Positions 8,877 through 19,686 of a stretch of 64,000 nt of DNA are shown in pieces. Source of the stretch: an uncultured Enterobacteriaceae bacterium (GTDB lineage Bacteria > Pseudomonadota > Gammaproteobacteria > Enterobacterales > Enterobacteriaceae); contig CANRKT010000008.1 in assembly GCA_947631255.1 (NCBI GenBank), forward strand, positions 2,958-66,957, read 5' to 3'. The position numbers and the translations under genes are program-made. Below the pieces are notes generated by a model. That model worked only from the letters and a program-made list of their open reading frames with translations, was not told the DNA's origin and searched no databases. Position 1 is the first letter of the stretch. Each line of letters starts with the position of its first letter.

Positions 8877-10055
8877 CTAAGCGGGTTGTTTGTGATAACC
8901 GAGCCACCAAACCAGCAGCCCCAGCAAAGAAACGATGACACCAGCAATACAGACCCCGGTCCATCCAGCATGCTGATAAGCACTTGCCGAAATTAATGAA
9001 CCCGCTGCCCCGCCAATAAAATAGCTGGTCATATACCCGGCCGTCAGACGGTTACGAGCCTCGGGCATCATATGATAAATGACACTTTGATTGGTGATAT
9101 GAACGCCCTGTACCGTCAGGTCGAGGATCAGTATGCCGATAATCAGAGCGATAACTGAGTACTGACCAGCCGCAGTTGCTCCCCAGGACAACAGTAACAG
9201 TAGCAGTCCGATGCTGGTGGTGAGGTGAGCTTTGCCTTTATCCGACAGACTTCCAGCCGGACGTGCGCCTAATGCACCGGCCGCGCCCACCAAACCAAAC
9301 AGACCAATCATTGCATCTGAGTAGTTAAAGGGAGGAGAGGCGAGCAGAAATGCCATGGAAGTCCAGAGAATACTGAAGTTAGCGAAGGTCAGGCAGCCTA
9401 ATAAGGCACGTGTCCGCAGTAAAGGATGTTTGATAAAAAGACTGAACACTGACCCCAGGAGTTGTGGATAATTAAGGTGGTTTTCCTGCTTGATCCGAGG
9501 TAAACCACGCCATAAGGCCAGTGCCATCAGGATCATCAGTACGCTGGCAACCCAGTAGACTGTCCGCCATCCCCCAAGACTGGCAAGCAAACCCGCCACA
9601 GTACGGGCCAGCAGAATACCCAGTAATAAGCCACTCATAATCGTGCCGACGACTTTTCCGCGTTTTTCTGGTGCAGCCAGTGTTGCGGCCAGAGGAACGA
9701 GGATTTGTGCGACGACAGAAAAAAGACCGGTCAGTGCGGTGCCAAGGATCATGACCCATAAAGACTGGCTGCTGGCAGTAATCAGCATGCCCCCTGCGGC
9801 CAGCAACGTCATGGTGACAATCAAACGACGACGTTCAAACATATCTCCCAGCGGAACCAGGAAGAGCAAGCCTGCGGCATAACCCAGCTGCGCGGCGGTG
9901 ACAATAAGTCCTGCCTGATTGATGGAGAGTGCAAACGCATTTGCGATAGTGTCGAGCAAGGGCTGTACATAGTAATTACTGGCGACTGCGAGCCCGGTAG
10001 CGACAGACATCAGGATGATAAGTGTGGTGCTGAGTCCAGGTTGATTATTTTTCAT
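8877..10055 (-). CDS. ygaY: MFS transporter YgaY-like (intact)
   Basis: MSVATGLAVASNYYVQPLL, LVPLGDMFERRRL; position between proX and mprA. Confidence 0.85.
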   Translation of the reverse strand: MKNNQPGLSTTLIILMSVATGLAVASNYYVQPLLDTIANAFALSINQAGLIVTAAQLGYAAGLLFLVPLGDMFERRRLIVTMTLLAAGGMLITASSQSLWVMILGTALTGLFSVVAQILVPLAATLAAPEKRGKVVGTIMSGLLLGILLARTVAGLLASLGGWRTVYWVASVLMILMALALWRGLPRIKQENHLNYPQLLGSVFSLFIKHPLLRTRALLGCLTFANFSILWTSMAFLLASPPFNYSDAMIGLFGLVGAAGALGARPAGSLSDKGKAHLTTSIGLLLLLLSWGATAAGQYSVIALIIGILILDLTVQGVHITNQSVIYHMMPEARNRLTAGYMTSYFIGGAAGSLISASAYQHAGWTGVCIAGVIVSLLGLLVWWLGYHKQPA

Positions 10056-10190
10056 TATTAACGTCGACTTACCAAAGAGAGGGAAAAATCATAACCAATA
10101 AATGGCTCAGACAAAAATAAGAAGGGTGTTAGTTTGTGCGGTTATCGTCGAATGACATATTTGGAAGTGACAGGAAGTATTTAGACTTAT

Positions 10191-10221
10191 AAAAAAGAGA
10201 CAGGGCGTTATCGCCCTGTCT
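10191..10221 (-). terminator. proU operon terminator
   Basis: Minus strand AGACAGGGCG-ATAA-CGCCCTGTCT followed by CTTTTTT. Confidence 0.8.
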
Positions 10222-10260
10222 GATATAGCAGTAAAGCTGTTTTCGCGTACTCAGCTCTAA

Positions 10261-11259
10261 TTATTGAGCAGCAAGGGCTTCATTAACCCAGCCATCAAAC
10301 TCTGCCTGGTGTGCTTTTATCCAGCCATCGACATGGTTATTGATATCGGCTTCTGAAGATTTACCACTGTGCATCATGGCATTCTGAGCATTGATATCAG
10401 CCAGAGGAATCTTCATGGTAGCAAACAGTTTGGCAGCCTGAGGATTCTCCTCAGCCCATTGCTTGTTAGCCGCTATATGCATGGTACTGACTGGGAAGCC
10501 ATAGTTGGCGCCATTAGGCAGCTTGGTATCGATGTCTTTCTGAACGCCAGGTAAGGAAGAGAACGGAACCTGTAACCAGACCACATCTTTACCGGGTTTC
10601 AGAACATCGCTTACCCAGTAAGGTGTCCAGGTGTAATAAAGCACAGGCTTACCTTCTTTGAAGCGAGCAATGGTATCTGCCATCATTGCAGAGTAGTTAC
10701 CGTGGTTAACATTGACCGTCTTCTCAAGACTGTAGGCAGTATTCTGATGATTGATCACTGCTTCACAACCCCAGCCAGGCGCACAGCCTGTGAGTTCTGC
10801 TTTACCTTCGCCATTTCTGGAGAATAGCTTAGCAATTTCTGGGTCTTTCAATTGCTCAATATTAGTAATTTTATATTCATCAGCAGTTTTTTTATCGATC
10901 AAGTAACCTTGTGCGGCTCCGGAAACCAGTATGCCTTCACGATAAAATGCGTCATCGCCGCCTGCTGCTGCATACATATCATCATGCAACGATTGCCAGT
11001 TGACGGCAGTGAAGGTGGCATCGCCAGAAGCTATCGAAGTGTATCCGACGTTATAATCGACTTCGCTGGGTTTGTTGACGGTGTAGCCCATTTTTTCGAG
11101 CGCCCGACTCACCAGCAAGGTCTGGAAAGTTTCTTCGGCAATGGTACTTTGTACCGGTTGCACTGTGATGCCTTTGCCTGGCAGCTCGGCTGCAAAGGCG
11201 AAGGCGCTTGTGGTAACGAGTGTCGCAAAAGCCGTAGCTAAAATAGCGGTATGTCGCAT
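10261..11259 (-). CDS. proX: Glycine betaine/proline ABC transporter substrate-binding protein
   Basis: [38 protein letters not shown]. Confidence 0.97.
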   Translation of the reverse strand: MRHTAILATAFATLVTTSAFAFAAELPGKGITVQPVQSTIAEETFQTLLVSRALEKMGYTVNKPSEVDYNVGYTSIASGDATFTAVNWQSLHDDMYAAAGGDDAFYREGILVSGAAQGYLIDKKTADEYKITNIEQLKDPEIAKLFSRNGEGKAELTGCAPGWGCEAVINHQNTAYSLEKTVNVNHGNYSAMMADTIARFKEGKPVLYYTWTPYWVSDVLKPGKDVVWLQVPFSSLPGVQKDIDTKLPNGANYGFPVSTMHIAANKQWAEENPQAAKLFATMKIPLADINAQNAMMHSGKSSEADINNHVDGWIKAHQAEFDGWVNEALAAQ

Positions 11260-11318
11260 CGTTATTCCTTTTTATGTTGTGATGGGCGTGAGCGGCGGCC
11301 CAGGGCCACCGCTCTGGC

Positions 11319-12407
11319 TTATTTCATGAAGGGACGAGTTAATAAACCCAGTGGGCCGGTGGTATACCAGCGATGATTGCCTTTGGAGCGTGCATCACGA
11401 CCAATAGACTGAGTTAAGCGATCGAGAATGATGGCAAGGATGACAATCCCGACACCACCGACGGTAGCCAGTCCCATATCAAGGCGACCAATGCCGCGCA
11501 ACACCATCTGACCTAACCCACCAACAGCAATCATTGACGCAATAACCACCATTGACAGAGCCAGCATCAGTGTCTGGTTAACACCTGCCATAATGGTTGG
11601 CATAGCCAGTGGTAATTGAACTTTAAACAGCATCTGACTCGGACTGGCACCAAATGAGCGTGCAGCCTCGATTAAGTCTGCTGGTACTTGTTTAATACCG
11701 AGTATGGTCAAACGTATAATCGGTGGCAGTGCAAAAATAATGGTAACCACTACGCCTGGTACATTACCGATACCAAACAGCATGACAATCGGCACCAGAT
11801 AAACGAAGGCCGGTGTCGTTTGCATCGCATCAAGCAATGGACGAACCACTCTGGCGGCCCGGTCACTACGTGCCAGCCAAATACCTATTGGCAGGCCTAT
11901 TATTGCGCAGAAGAATAACGACGTAAGCACCAGAGCCAGCGTCACCATGGCTTGCGACCAGGCACCAATCGCCCCGATAGCAATCAGTGATATCAGCGTT
12001 GCTACGCCCATGCCAAAGGTTGACATCTGCCAGGCAATCAGCGCGAAAACGATGATTGCGACGACCGAGGGCATACCCAGCAGGGCCTGCTGAAAGCCAC
12101 TCAGAATATAATCGACAGGAACCCGTATTCCCTGAAACAGAGGGCGAAAATGGGTCACTACCCAATCGATCCCTTCGGTAACCCAGCTATCAAGCGGGAT
12201 CAGCGTTTTATGAAAGGGATCTAGAATGTTGAAAGGTTCTACTGGTGCGCTGGAGGTTGAGGACAGCCAGTCACTCGAGCTACTGGCAGCATCAGCCCCT
12301 GGTCCCGTAGCGGCATCTGTGGCAGGACTTCCCCATGCATCCTCGGCACCTGCAGTACTTTGTACCGTTTCACTTCCGGTATCCCACGGATTTGCTGTAT
12401 CACTCAT
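11319..12407 (-). CDS. proW: Glycine betaine/proline ABC transporter permease
   Basis: [22 protein letters not shown] loop. Confidence 0.97.
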   Translation of the reverse strand: MSDTANPWDTGSETVQSTAGAEDAWGSPATDAATGPGADAASSSSDWLSSTSSAPVEPFNILDPFHKTLIPLDSWVTEGIDWVVTHFRPLFQGIRVPVDYILSGFQQALLGMPSVVAIIVFALIAWQMSTFGMGVATLISLIAIGAIGAWSQAMVTLALVLTSLFFCAIIGLPIGIWLARSDRAARVVRPLLDAMQTTPAFVYLVPIVMLFGIGNVPGVVVTIIFALPPIIRLTILGIKQVPADLIEAARSFGASPSQMLFKVQLPLAMPTIMAGVNQTLMLALSMVVIASMIAVGGLGQMVLRGIGRLDMGLATVGGVGIVILAIILDRLTQSIGRDARSKGNHRWYTTGPLGLLTRPFMK

Positions 12408-13602
12408 TATTCGTTCCCTCGCGATCTAAAGCCTGCAATAACACCCCTTTCGAGATAACGCCGATATACTGTTTATTCTCTCCGATGACTGGCACTGCAC
12501 AGTCAGACTGACCAACATGGGAGAGTAATTCACTGAGTGGCGTATCTGCAGCGACAGGCGCTGGACTTTCAAGAAAAGCAGATTCCAGTCCCTGGCCTGT
12601 GGCAAGAGCATTTTTGAGCGAATCGGTAGAAACAATGCCGAGGAACTTTTGGTCACGTTCGATAACATAGCCATATTCACGGTCTGCATCCTGCAATAAT
12701 TTCAGTGCAGAGCGCGGACCAAAGCCAGCGGTTTTACGTAGCAGGCCAGTAGGATTACGACGAGAAATATCCTTCGCACTAAAGACCTGACTAATATCCA
12801 CACCTCGGAAGAAGGTGCGTACATAATCATTGGCCGGATTATTAAGAATTTCATCCGGCGTACCGATCTGAATAACCTCTCCGCCTTGCATAATAGCAAT
12901 TCTGTCACCAATTCGCATGGCTTCATCGAGGTCATGAGAAATAAAGACAATTGTGCGTTGATGTCTGGCTTGCAGGTTAATTAATTCATCCTGCATTTCA
13001 GTTCTAATTAATGGGTCGAGTGCTGAGAAAGCTTCATCCATCAATAATATATCTGGATTAATCGCTAATGCTCGAGACAGGCCAACACGTTGCCGCATTC
13101 CGCCAGAAAGTTCATCCGGATAAGCATGGGCATAATTTTCCAGGCCAACTTGGCGAAGGGCATCTAATGCTTTTTCCTGGCGTTCTGCTACAGGAACACC
13201 GGCCAGCTCCATACCGAATGCCGCATTATCCAGCACCGTCATATGTGGCATCAGAGCAAATGACTGGAAGACCATTGCAATCTTATTTTTGCGAACCTCA
13301 CGAAGCTCCGCATCAGATATTTTCGCAATATCGACACCGTCTATCATTACTTGACCACGGGTCGGTTCAATCAGGCGATTGAGAAGGCGAACCATGGTGG
13401 ATTTTCCTGAACCGGAGAGCCCCATGATGACAAAAATCTCGCCTTCTTCAATGGCCAGACTGGCGTCTTTAACGCCCAGCGACAGACCTGTTTTCTCCAG
13501 CAGCTCGCTCTTCGATATTCCTTTATCGATATATTTAAATGCGCGCTGAGGATTTTCGCCAAATATCTTATATAAATTCTTTACTTCTAATTTAATTGCC
13601 AT
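12400..13602 (-). CDS. proV: Glycine betaine/proline ABC transporter ATPase
   Basis: [32 protein letters not shown]-terminal CBS domains. Confidence 0.97.
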   Translation of the reverse strand: MAIKLEVKNLYKIFGENPQRAFKYIDKGISKSELLEKTGLSLGVKDASLAIEEGEIFVIMGLSGSGKSTMVRLLNRLIEPTRGQVMIDGVDIAKISDAELREVRKNKIAMVFQSFALMPHMTVLDNAAFGMELAGVPVAERQEKALDALRQVGLENYAHAYPDELSGGMRQRVGLSRALAINPDILLMDEAFSALDPLIRTEMQDELINLQARHQRTIVFISHDLDEAMRIGDRIAIMQGGEVIQIGTPDEILNNPANDYVRTFFRGVDISQVFSAKDISRRNPTGLLRKTAGFGPRSALKLLQDADREYGYVIERDQKFLGIVSTDSLKNALATGQGLESAFLESPAPVAADTPLSELLSHVGQSDCAVPVIGENKQYIGVISKGVLLQALDREGTNNE

Positions 13603-13671
13603 GCAACAAACATCTTCCTGTGTTTTGATCTATCTATACTTATTCCCGATAAGAAATAATTTAAGCTCTCT

Positions 13672-13699
13672 ACCCTAACATATCGAAAATCTGAGACAA
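13672..13699 (-). promoter_or_regulatory. proU P2-type sigma70 promoter
   Basis: Minus strand TTGTCT-N16-TAGGGT; the E. coli proU P2 promoter is TTGCCT-N16-TAGGGT. Confidence 0.75.
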
Positions 13700-13905
13700 C
13701 CCTCAATTTTGATATTATAAAATATCCACGCTTTTAATTTTGGGCGTCATTCCCCGGTATCAAAGGGCTGAGGCCGTATAATTACCGGTGAATATTTTTT
13801 GATATTACTGAGTGTCAGAAGCGATATTTTGTGAGGTGAGAGCAGATTCGGGGGATATGTTTAGCAATAATCTTTACGTGATCGGTTGTTTTTATTTCGC
13901 CGATT

Positions 13906-13959
13906 GATAACTGATATGGAAATGCTAATTATCAGAATAATGATAAGTATGGTCATAAT
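13906..13959. promoter_or_regulatory. Fur-box-like in-phase hexamer array
   Basis: GATAAC TGATAT GGAAAT GCTAAT TATCAG AATAAT GATAAG TATGGT CATAAT; 13936-13954 matches GATAATGATAATCATTATC at 14/19. Confidence 0.4.
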
Positions 13960-14746
13960 ATGACACGAAAAAAAACAGCTATGGTGCTGGCCTGTTTCTT
14001 CTATGTGCGTTGAGCATGACGCATAGCCCGGCCATGTATTCAACCCGGAGAGCAGAATGATAAGCCATGTCCACGCTCAATGAATGTGGTGATAACTTAA
14101 TCATGTCTCTCCGCTGATTTAGAGTAACCTAACGCCTTAGGATTCAATCGTTTTAAGCGGTGCCTCAGGTTTGAAATTTCTCTTTCTATTCTCTGTATAT
14201 AAAACTTAATCACCACATGTTTTTGTTTTGGGGACACTGGGGATAATTAATTGACTGTGCTTTAGAATTAATACACTCCTCATGCTTAAAGTGACTTTGG
14301 TATATAAGAGGTGGTTTCTCATTTATATATGACTATTACCCAGATAGATATAGGGTATAGGTTAAGAATGAAATCACATAAAGAAAAAGTATGAATTTCT
14401 TATTACACACGCATTGGTCTTTTAACGTTATGATTTTATTTGTTTTTTATGAATTCCTGAGGTGTGATGAAAATGCGCTTAATTCCATGGTTTTTACGTG
14501 AGTGATTAATTGTTATTGATGAATTAAATTGGTTTGGGATTGTATTTAATCAATGAAGAGAGGCTTTAATATGGCTTGTTAGTACATCAGTGGTGAATGA
14601 TGCTTTTCTTGTCACTGAATACCTTATAAAGGAGGGTTAAAATACCCTAATGTTTTTATTATATTAGTAAACAATATCAGATTGTTAAAGGTTTTTTTGG
14701 CAAGAAATGCTTAATTCATTGTTTATTGTAAGGTATTGCCATGAGG

Positions 14747-14762
14747 TGTGATTTTTATCACG
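14747..14762. promoter_or_regulatory. Putative CRP site
   Basis: TGTGA-TTTTTA-TCACG (9/10 core positions). Confidence 0.6.
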
Positions 14763-14770
14763 TAATATTT

Positions 14771-14788
14771 CTGTCATACACCTGTCAA
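14771..14788 (+). promoter_or_regulatory. Pho box (PhoB site)
   Basis: CTGTCAT-ACAC-CTGTCAA, 11-bp direct-repeat periodicity, 45 bp upstream of the ATG. Confidence 0.8.
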
Positions 14789-14833
14789 ATTTCCTTGTTC
14801 TGATATGCGCAACAAAATGACAGGGGATTGACC

Positions 14834-15811
14834 ATGAGTAATAAAAATGTGCTTGCAGCATTGCTGCTAACTATTATGAGTGCATCGGCTGCTGCAAAAT
14901 CCACATTGAGTCTCTATACCAGTCAGCTTAATGACGATGCGCAGATGACAGTCAACGCCTTTGAAAAAGCGCACCCAGATATTGAAGTGAAATGGATCCG
15001 CGACGGAACCACAAAGCTGACTGCACGCTTGCAAGCTGAACTGGCTGCGGGCGCTGCCACGCCGGATGTGCTGCTGCTGGCAGACAGTGTGACTATGGAA
15101 TCCCTGAAGAATCAAAATCTGTTAACGTCTTATAAATCACCGCAAACGGCACGCTTTGATAGTGCGCTGTATGATAAAGACGGTTATTACTCTGGGACGA
15201 AACTCATTACCACCGGGATTGCTTACCACAGTAAAGCCCCGGTAAAACCTGAGTCATGGGACTCTCTGCTCAAGCCAGAAGTCAAGAATATGACCACTCT
15301 GCCAAGTCCGCTGTATTCCGGAGCAGCACAAATTCACCAGGCCGCAATCATGAACAACCCGAAATTGGGTTGGGCTTATTATGAAAAATTGAAAGAAAAC
15401 GGTGCAATGCCGCAAAGTGGTAACGGTGCGGTAATGAGTGCCATCGCCTCTGGTAGTAAAGCTTATGGCGTGCTGGTGGATTATATGGCTATCCGTGAAA
15501 AAGCGAAGGGCGCACCAATTGAGTTTTTATTTCCAAAAGAAGGGGTTAGTGTTGTCACCGAACCGGTTGCCATTATGAGCAACAGTAAAAATCCAGAAGC
15601 GGCCAAAGCTTTTGTTGATTTTGTGCTATCACCGGAAGGTCAGCAACTGGTGCTTGAGCAAGGTTTTTTACCCGCAGATGCCAGTCTGCCTGTTCCGCAA
15701 GGCTTCCCGCCTCGTGACAGTATCAAGCTGATGCCACTGGATGCAGCTAAAGCGCTGGCTGATACCGAAACCAACAAAAAACGTTTTTCTGATTTGTTCG
15801 GTAATCGCTAA
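14834..15811 (+). CDS. ABC transporter substrate-binding protein (FbpA/AfuA-like family)
   Basis: Signal peptide, LSLYTS...PDVLLLAD, FPKEG...EPVAI, AKAFVDFVLSPEGQ; ATG 14834 after GGGGA. Confidence 0.9.
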   Translation: MSNKNVLAALLLTIMSASAAAKSTLSLYTSQLNDDAQMTVNAFEKAHPDIEVKWIRDGTTKLTARLQAELAAGAATPDVLLLADSVTMESLKNQNLLTSYKSPQTARFDSALYDKDGYYSGTKLITTGIAYHSKAPVKPESWDSLLKPEVKNMTTLPSPLYSGAAQIHQAAIMNNPKLGWAYYEKLKENGAMPQSGNGAVMSAIASGSKAYGVLVDYMAIREKAKGAPIEFLFPKEGVSVVTEPVAIMSNSKNPEAAKAFVDFVLSPEGQQLVLEQGFLPADASLPVPQGFPPRDSIKLMPLDAAKALADTETNKKRFSDLFGNR

Positions 15812-15834
15812 TTCACTTTCACTGACAATCAGAT

Positions 15835-15872
15835 AGCCAGTAATAGCGGATAACAGACTATTACTGGTTTTT
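15835..15872 (+). other. Intercistronic stem-loop after the binding-protein gene
   Basis: AGCCAGTAATAG...CTATTACTGGTT followed by Ts; typical attenuating/stabilising hairpin in ABC operons. Confidence 0.6.
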
Positions 15873-15902
15873 ATCGTATCTCGTTTTGGAAGTTGTTAAG
15901 TC

Positions 15903-17615
15903 ATGACAAGTATGACAATGCATCAGAATGCCAGTAATCACTCCATGAAAGGGCTACTCTGGTTATTATTGTGTCTCGTTGCATTACTGAGTTTATTACC
16001 CAGTTTACGCCTGCTGCTTTCAGCTTTAATGGACTGGCGGCAGGGCAGCGACAGTAGTCTGTGGCGAGTATTGAATAACCAGGCCACCTGGGTAGCGCTA
16101 TATCACAGTATTTATACCAGTGGGTTAGGTACTCTTATTTCTTTGCTTCTCGGCAGTTTGTTTGCCTTTTGTCTGGCGCTGACCAATATCCGTATGAAAC
16201 AGATATGGGTCTTTTTGTTTATGCTGCCAATGATGATCCCTCCCCAGGTCACTGCACTAAGTTGGTTACAACTATTTGGCTCCAATAGCATCCTACTGAA
16301 CAGTCTTGGCCTGGCACCGGAATTTGGTAGTGTTAATCCACTTTATTCCCCTGAAGGGATCGCACTGTTACTGGGTATTCAGCACGCACCTCTGGTCTTC
16401 CTGGCGTTACGCACGCAATTGCAATGTTTACCGAAAGAGCATATTGAAGCTGCGCGCTTAAACGGTGCTTCGCTGTGGCAAGTTTTTTTCGATATCGTGC
16501 TGCCACTTTGCCGTACTGCACTCTGGGGGGGAGCGACGATTGCCTTTGTTTCTGCGCTGGGGAATTTTGGTATTCCGGCGATGCTCGGCATCCCTATCTC
16601 TTATTTTGTCCTGCCTATCTACATCTATCAGGCGCTATCCAGCTTTGGGCCGTCGATGATCAACGAAGTGGCTGCTCTGTCAGTGCTGATGGGCATTCTG
16701 GCGATTGCTATTGTGACCCTACAGGCGCGCATGCAACGGCGATACGCTTTGCCATTAATTGGTATGGCAGGCCGTTCGCTAGCATTTACTTTAGGTAAAT
16801 GGCGTCTGGGTGTAGAAGTGCTCATGGGGCTGGTATTATTTGTCATTCTGGTTGCTCCCTTGCTGGCGCTAATTGCGACCTCACTGGTTCCTACCATGGG
16901 GGTGCCGCTCAATGGGGATACCCTCACTTTCGCCGCCTGGCACAGCGTTTTTGATGTAAAAAGTTCGGCATGGCGAGCACTCACTAACAGCATGGTACTG
17001 TCGGTATCGGCGGCCATGGTATTGCTGGTACTCAGTCTCCCCCTGGCCTGGTTGTTGGTGCGCTACTCCAGCCGTCCACTGCGCTGGCTGCATAGCATGA
17101 TAGATATTCCTTACACGTTGCCGGGTGTCGTGCTGGCTATCGCCTGTATTCTATTGTTTTCCCGTCCATTACCCATTTTAGAAATAAGCCTGAGTGGAAC
17201 GCTCACGATTATCTTTATTGCCTATCTGGCGCGTTTTCTCACCGTCTGTTTAAAACCGGTGCACAGCAGCATGATGCAACTGGACCCGGCGATGGAAGAG
17301 GCTGCCAGCCTGGCCGGAGCGCATTTCTCCCGGCGTTTGACTGATATCGTTTTACCTCTGCTGGCACCGGCAGCCTTTGCCGGTGCTCTGCTGGTGTTTT
17401 TGACAGCGGTGAATGAACTGACCGTTTCTGCTCTGTTATGGAGTGCAGGGAAAGAAACTCTCGGGGTAGTGATATTCAGTCTGGATGAAAGTGGTAATAA
17501 GGTACTGGCATCCGCCATTTCGGTATTCGTTGTCGTATTAGTTGCAATGGTGATGTTGCTTCTGAGTGCATTTAGTAAGTATTTACCAAAAGGAGTTATC
17601 CCATGGCAGAGCTAA
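15903..17615 (+). CDS. ABC transporter permease (duplicated domain, FbpB/AfuB-type)
   Basis: Two EAA loops (EAARLNGAS, EEAASLAGA); 570 aa, multi-TM. Confidence 0.92.
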   Translation: MTSMTMHQNASNHSMKGLLWLLLCLVALLSLLPSLRLLLSALMDWRQGSDSSLWRVLNNQATWVALYHSIYTSGLGTLISLLLGSLFAFCLALTNIRMKQIWVFLFMLPMMIPPQVTALSWLQLFGSNSILLNSLGLAPEFGSVNPLYSPEGIALLLGIQHAPLVFLALRTQLQCLPKEHIEAARLNGASLWQVFFDIVLPLCRTALWGGATIAFVSALGNFGIPAMLGIPISYFVLPIYIYQALSSFGPSMINEVAALSVLMGILAIAIVTLQARMQRRYALPLIGMAGRSLAFTLGKWRLGVEVLMGLVLFVILVAPLLALIATSLVPTMGVPLNGDTLTFAAWHSVFDVKSSAWRALTNSMVLSVSAAMVLLVLSLPLAWLLVRYSSRPLRWLHSMIDIPYTLPGVVLAIACILLFSRPLPILEISLSGTLTIIFIAYLARFLTVCLKPVHSSMMQLDPAMEEAASLAGAHFSRRLTDIVLPLLAPAAFAGALLVFLTAVNELTVSALLWSAGKETLGVVIFSLDESGNKVLASAISVFVVVLVAMVMLLLSAFSKYLPKGVIPWQS

Positions 17616-18631
17616 AGCTGGAACAGCTTAGCAAGGTATTTGGCGACCAGACTGTTGTCCGGGATCTCAATCTGACTATCCCTCAGGGAGCCTTCACTGC
17701 ACTACTGGGGCCGAGTGGCTGTGGTAAAACCACGACGTTACGTATTCTGGCTGGACTTGAGGAGCTCAGTGGCGGGCGTTTATTGCTGGGTGACAAACTA
17801 CTGGCAGATAACATAACTCATACCCCCCCTGAGCTGCGTGATATGGGGATGGTATTCCAGTCTTACGCTCTGTGGCCCCATATGACGGTCGCAGAAAACG
17901 TCGGCTATCCATTAAAACTGCGGAAGGTCAAAGGGGCTGCGCGGCAAAAACAAATAATGAATGCGCTGGATATTGTTGAACTAGGGGCTTATGCCGATCG
18001 TTCTCCCCAGGAACTCAGTGGCGGACAGCGCCAGCGTGTTGCCCTGGCACGCTGCCTGGTTTCTGAACCGAAAGTGGTACTACTGGACGAGCCGCTGGCT
18101 AACCTCGACAGACACCTGCGTGCCACCATGGAACAAACCTTCCGTGATTTTCATCGTCGAACTGGCGCTACCTTTGTCTATGTAACACACGATCAGGCTG
18201 AAGCGATGGCGCTGGCCAGTCATATCGCCGTGATGCACAAAGGCGAGTTAATGCAGTGGGGCACACCTCAGGATTTATATCAGCGTCCACAACATGCCTG
18301 GGTGGCGAGTTTCATTGGCAAGGGGAGTATCTTGTCATTAGCGACTCCCGCAGATGTACAGCATCTTGATAATCAGGTACTGCATGGCAGTTTTAGCGAC
18401 GGGACTCCTTATGGAATGCAACCGGTGCTCGTACGCCCGGAACATGTTCAGATAACCGATACTGGGCTGAGTGCCAGAGTGGAAGGATGTATATATCAGG
18501 GAGAGCGCTATCTGGTTGATTTGCGCCTGTCTGATGGCCAGCCACTCACTGCTTTTCATCATGCCTCTTTGCAACAACAGCAGAATGTTTGTGTGCGCTT
18601 ACATCAGGGCTGGCGTCTGGAGGCCGCATGA
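17603..18631 (+). CDS. ABC transporter ATPase (FbpC/PotA-like)
   Basis: GPSGCGKT, LSGGQRQR, LLDEP, YVTHDQ; overlaps neighbouring genes. Confidence 0.95.
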   Translation: MAELKLEQLSKVFGDQTVVRDLNLTIPQGAFTALLGPSGCGKTTTLRILAGLEELSGGRLLLGDKLLADNITHTPPELRDMGMVFQSYALWPHMTVAENVGYPLKLRKVKGAARQKQIMNALDIVELGAYADRSPQELSGGQRQRVALARCLVSEPKVVLLDEPLANLDRHLRATMEQTFRDFHRRTGATFVYVTHDQAEAMALASHIAVMHKGELMQWGTPQDLYQRPQHAWVASFIGKGSILSLATPADVQHLDNQVLHGSFSDGTPYGMQPVLVRPEHVQITDTGLSARVEGCIYQGERYLVDLRLSDGQPLTAFHHASLQQQQNVCVRLHQGWRLEAA

Positions 18632-19686
18632 AAATAGAGATTATCAGCGGTTTGAATCGTAAAGCACCGGCGGCCATTTTACTGAGTGCTGAAGGTCAGC
18701 GTATTTTGCTGGATGCAGGAGGGGCGCTGGAACCTGATGAAGCATTATGGCAAGTTCCAGAGGATATCGATGCGGTATTACTCAGCCATGATCATGCCGA
18801 TCATATTGCAGGACTCAACCGTTTACCCCGTGAAATACCGGTTTATTGTAGCAAGGTGACTGCCCAAGCATTACCCGCGGGTCATAATGTACGGTGTATT
18901 GATGTCAGGGGGACCTTCCGGATTGGTGAGATAACAGTGACTACCGGGAGCTGTGGTCATGCCTATGGGGGGGTCTGGTTTCATCTTGATATTGATGGTG
19001 GAGTATTTTATAGCGGTGATATCAGTATGGAGTCGGCACTGTTTCATTTTGACCCGCCACCCCCCGCCCGTATTGCTCTGATCGATGCTTCTTATGGTCT
19101 ATATGATGTTCCTCAGCAGCAGCAACGGGATAAGCTACGGCACTATTTATTGCAACCCAGTTTATGCCCGGTTCCCCCTTCAGGTCGTGCGGTTGAACTG
19201 GCTTTGCTTATGGCACGGGACAATCAGCCGAATATCGCTATGGATGAGAGCTGCCGTACCATGATGGAACAAATGGCCTGTCAGAATGATGGTAGCCTGA
19301 GGGCGAATGTGGCAGCGGAACTGCAATCTCTGTTACAAGTCTTGCCGCTATTTTCTACTGAGGCTCCTTTGATTCTGGCTTCTGATCCTGATGGCATGAG
19401 TGGAATGGCGGGGATATTACGGGAACGGCATGATTTTCATCATCGTACTTTATTTACCGGTCATCTAAATCAGCTCTCTTATCAGCAGTGGCTGGCTGGA
19501 GAAGTCGATTTTTGTCGCTGGAATGTCCATCCTACGCTGAGCTGCTTAAAAAAACTGGTGACCATGCTGTCATGTCAGTACTTCGCGCCGCTGTTTACGC
19601 CGCTGGATTGTCCGGTGCAATGGCAGCAGGAATTACAATGTGAAATCATCACTCATTCGACGATTGAAATGGAATTATGTCAATAA
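18628..19686 (+). CDS. Metallo-beta-lactamase-fold hydrolase, beta-CASP-like
   Basis: LLDAG, SHDHADH, GHAYG, YSGD, IDASYG, PVPPSGRAVEL, WNVHP; ATGA overlap with the ATPase stop. Confidence 0.85.
   Translation: MKIEIISGLNRKAPAAILLSAEGQRILLDAGGALEPDEALWQVPEDIDAVLLSHDHADHIAGLNRLPREIPVYCSKVTAQALPAGHNVRCIDVRGTFRIGEITVTTGSCGHAYGGVWFHLDIDGGVFYSGDISMESALFHFDPPPPARIALIDASYGLYDVPQQQQRDKLRHYLLQPSLCPVPPSGRAVELALLMARDNQPNIAMDESCRTMMEQMACQNDGSLRANVAAELQSLLQVLPLFSTEAPLILASDPDGMSGMAGILRERHDFHHRTLFTGHLNQLSYQQWLAGEVDFCRWNVHPTLSCLKKLVTMLSCQYFAPLFTPLDCPVQWQQELQCEIITHSTIEMELCQ

Noticed and set aside
13900-14100. RyhB-like sRNA or MntR box
   Set aside because: The RyhB core (GCACGACATTGCTCACATTGC) is absent; CATAGC-CCG-GCCATG has the wrong spacing for MntR.
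14834-18631. Annotation as a ferric iron (FbpABC) transporter
   Set aside because: Family similarity only: the adjacent site is a Pho box, the nearest Fur-like sequence is ~900 bp away, the Tyr-Tyr iron ligands are not apparent, and phosphoesterases are co-encoded.
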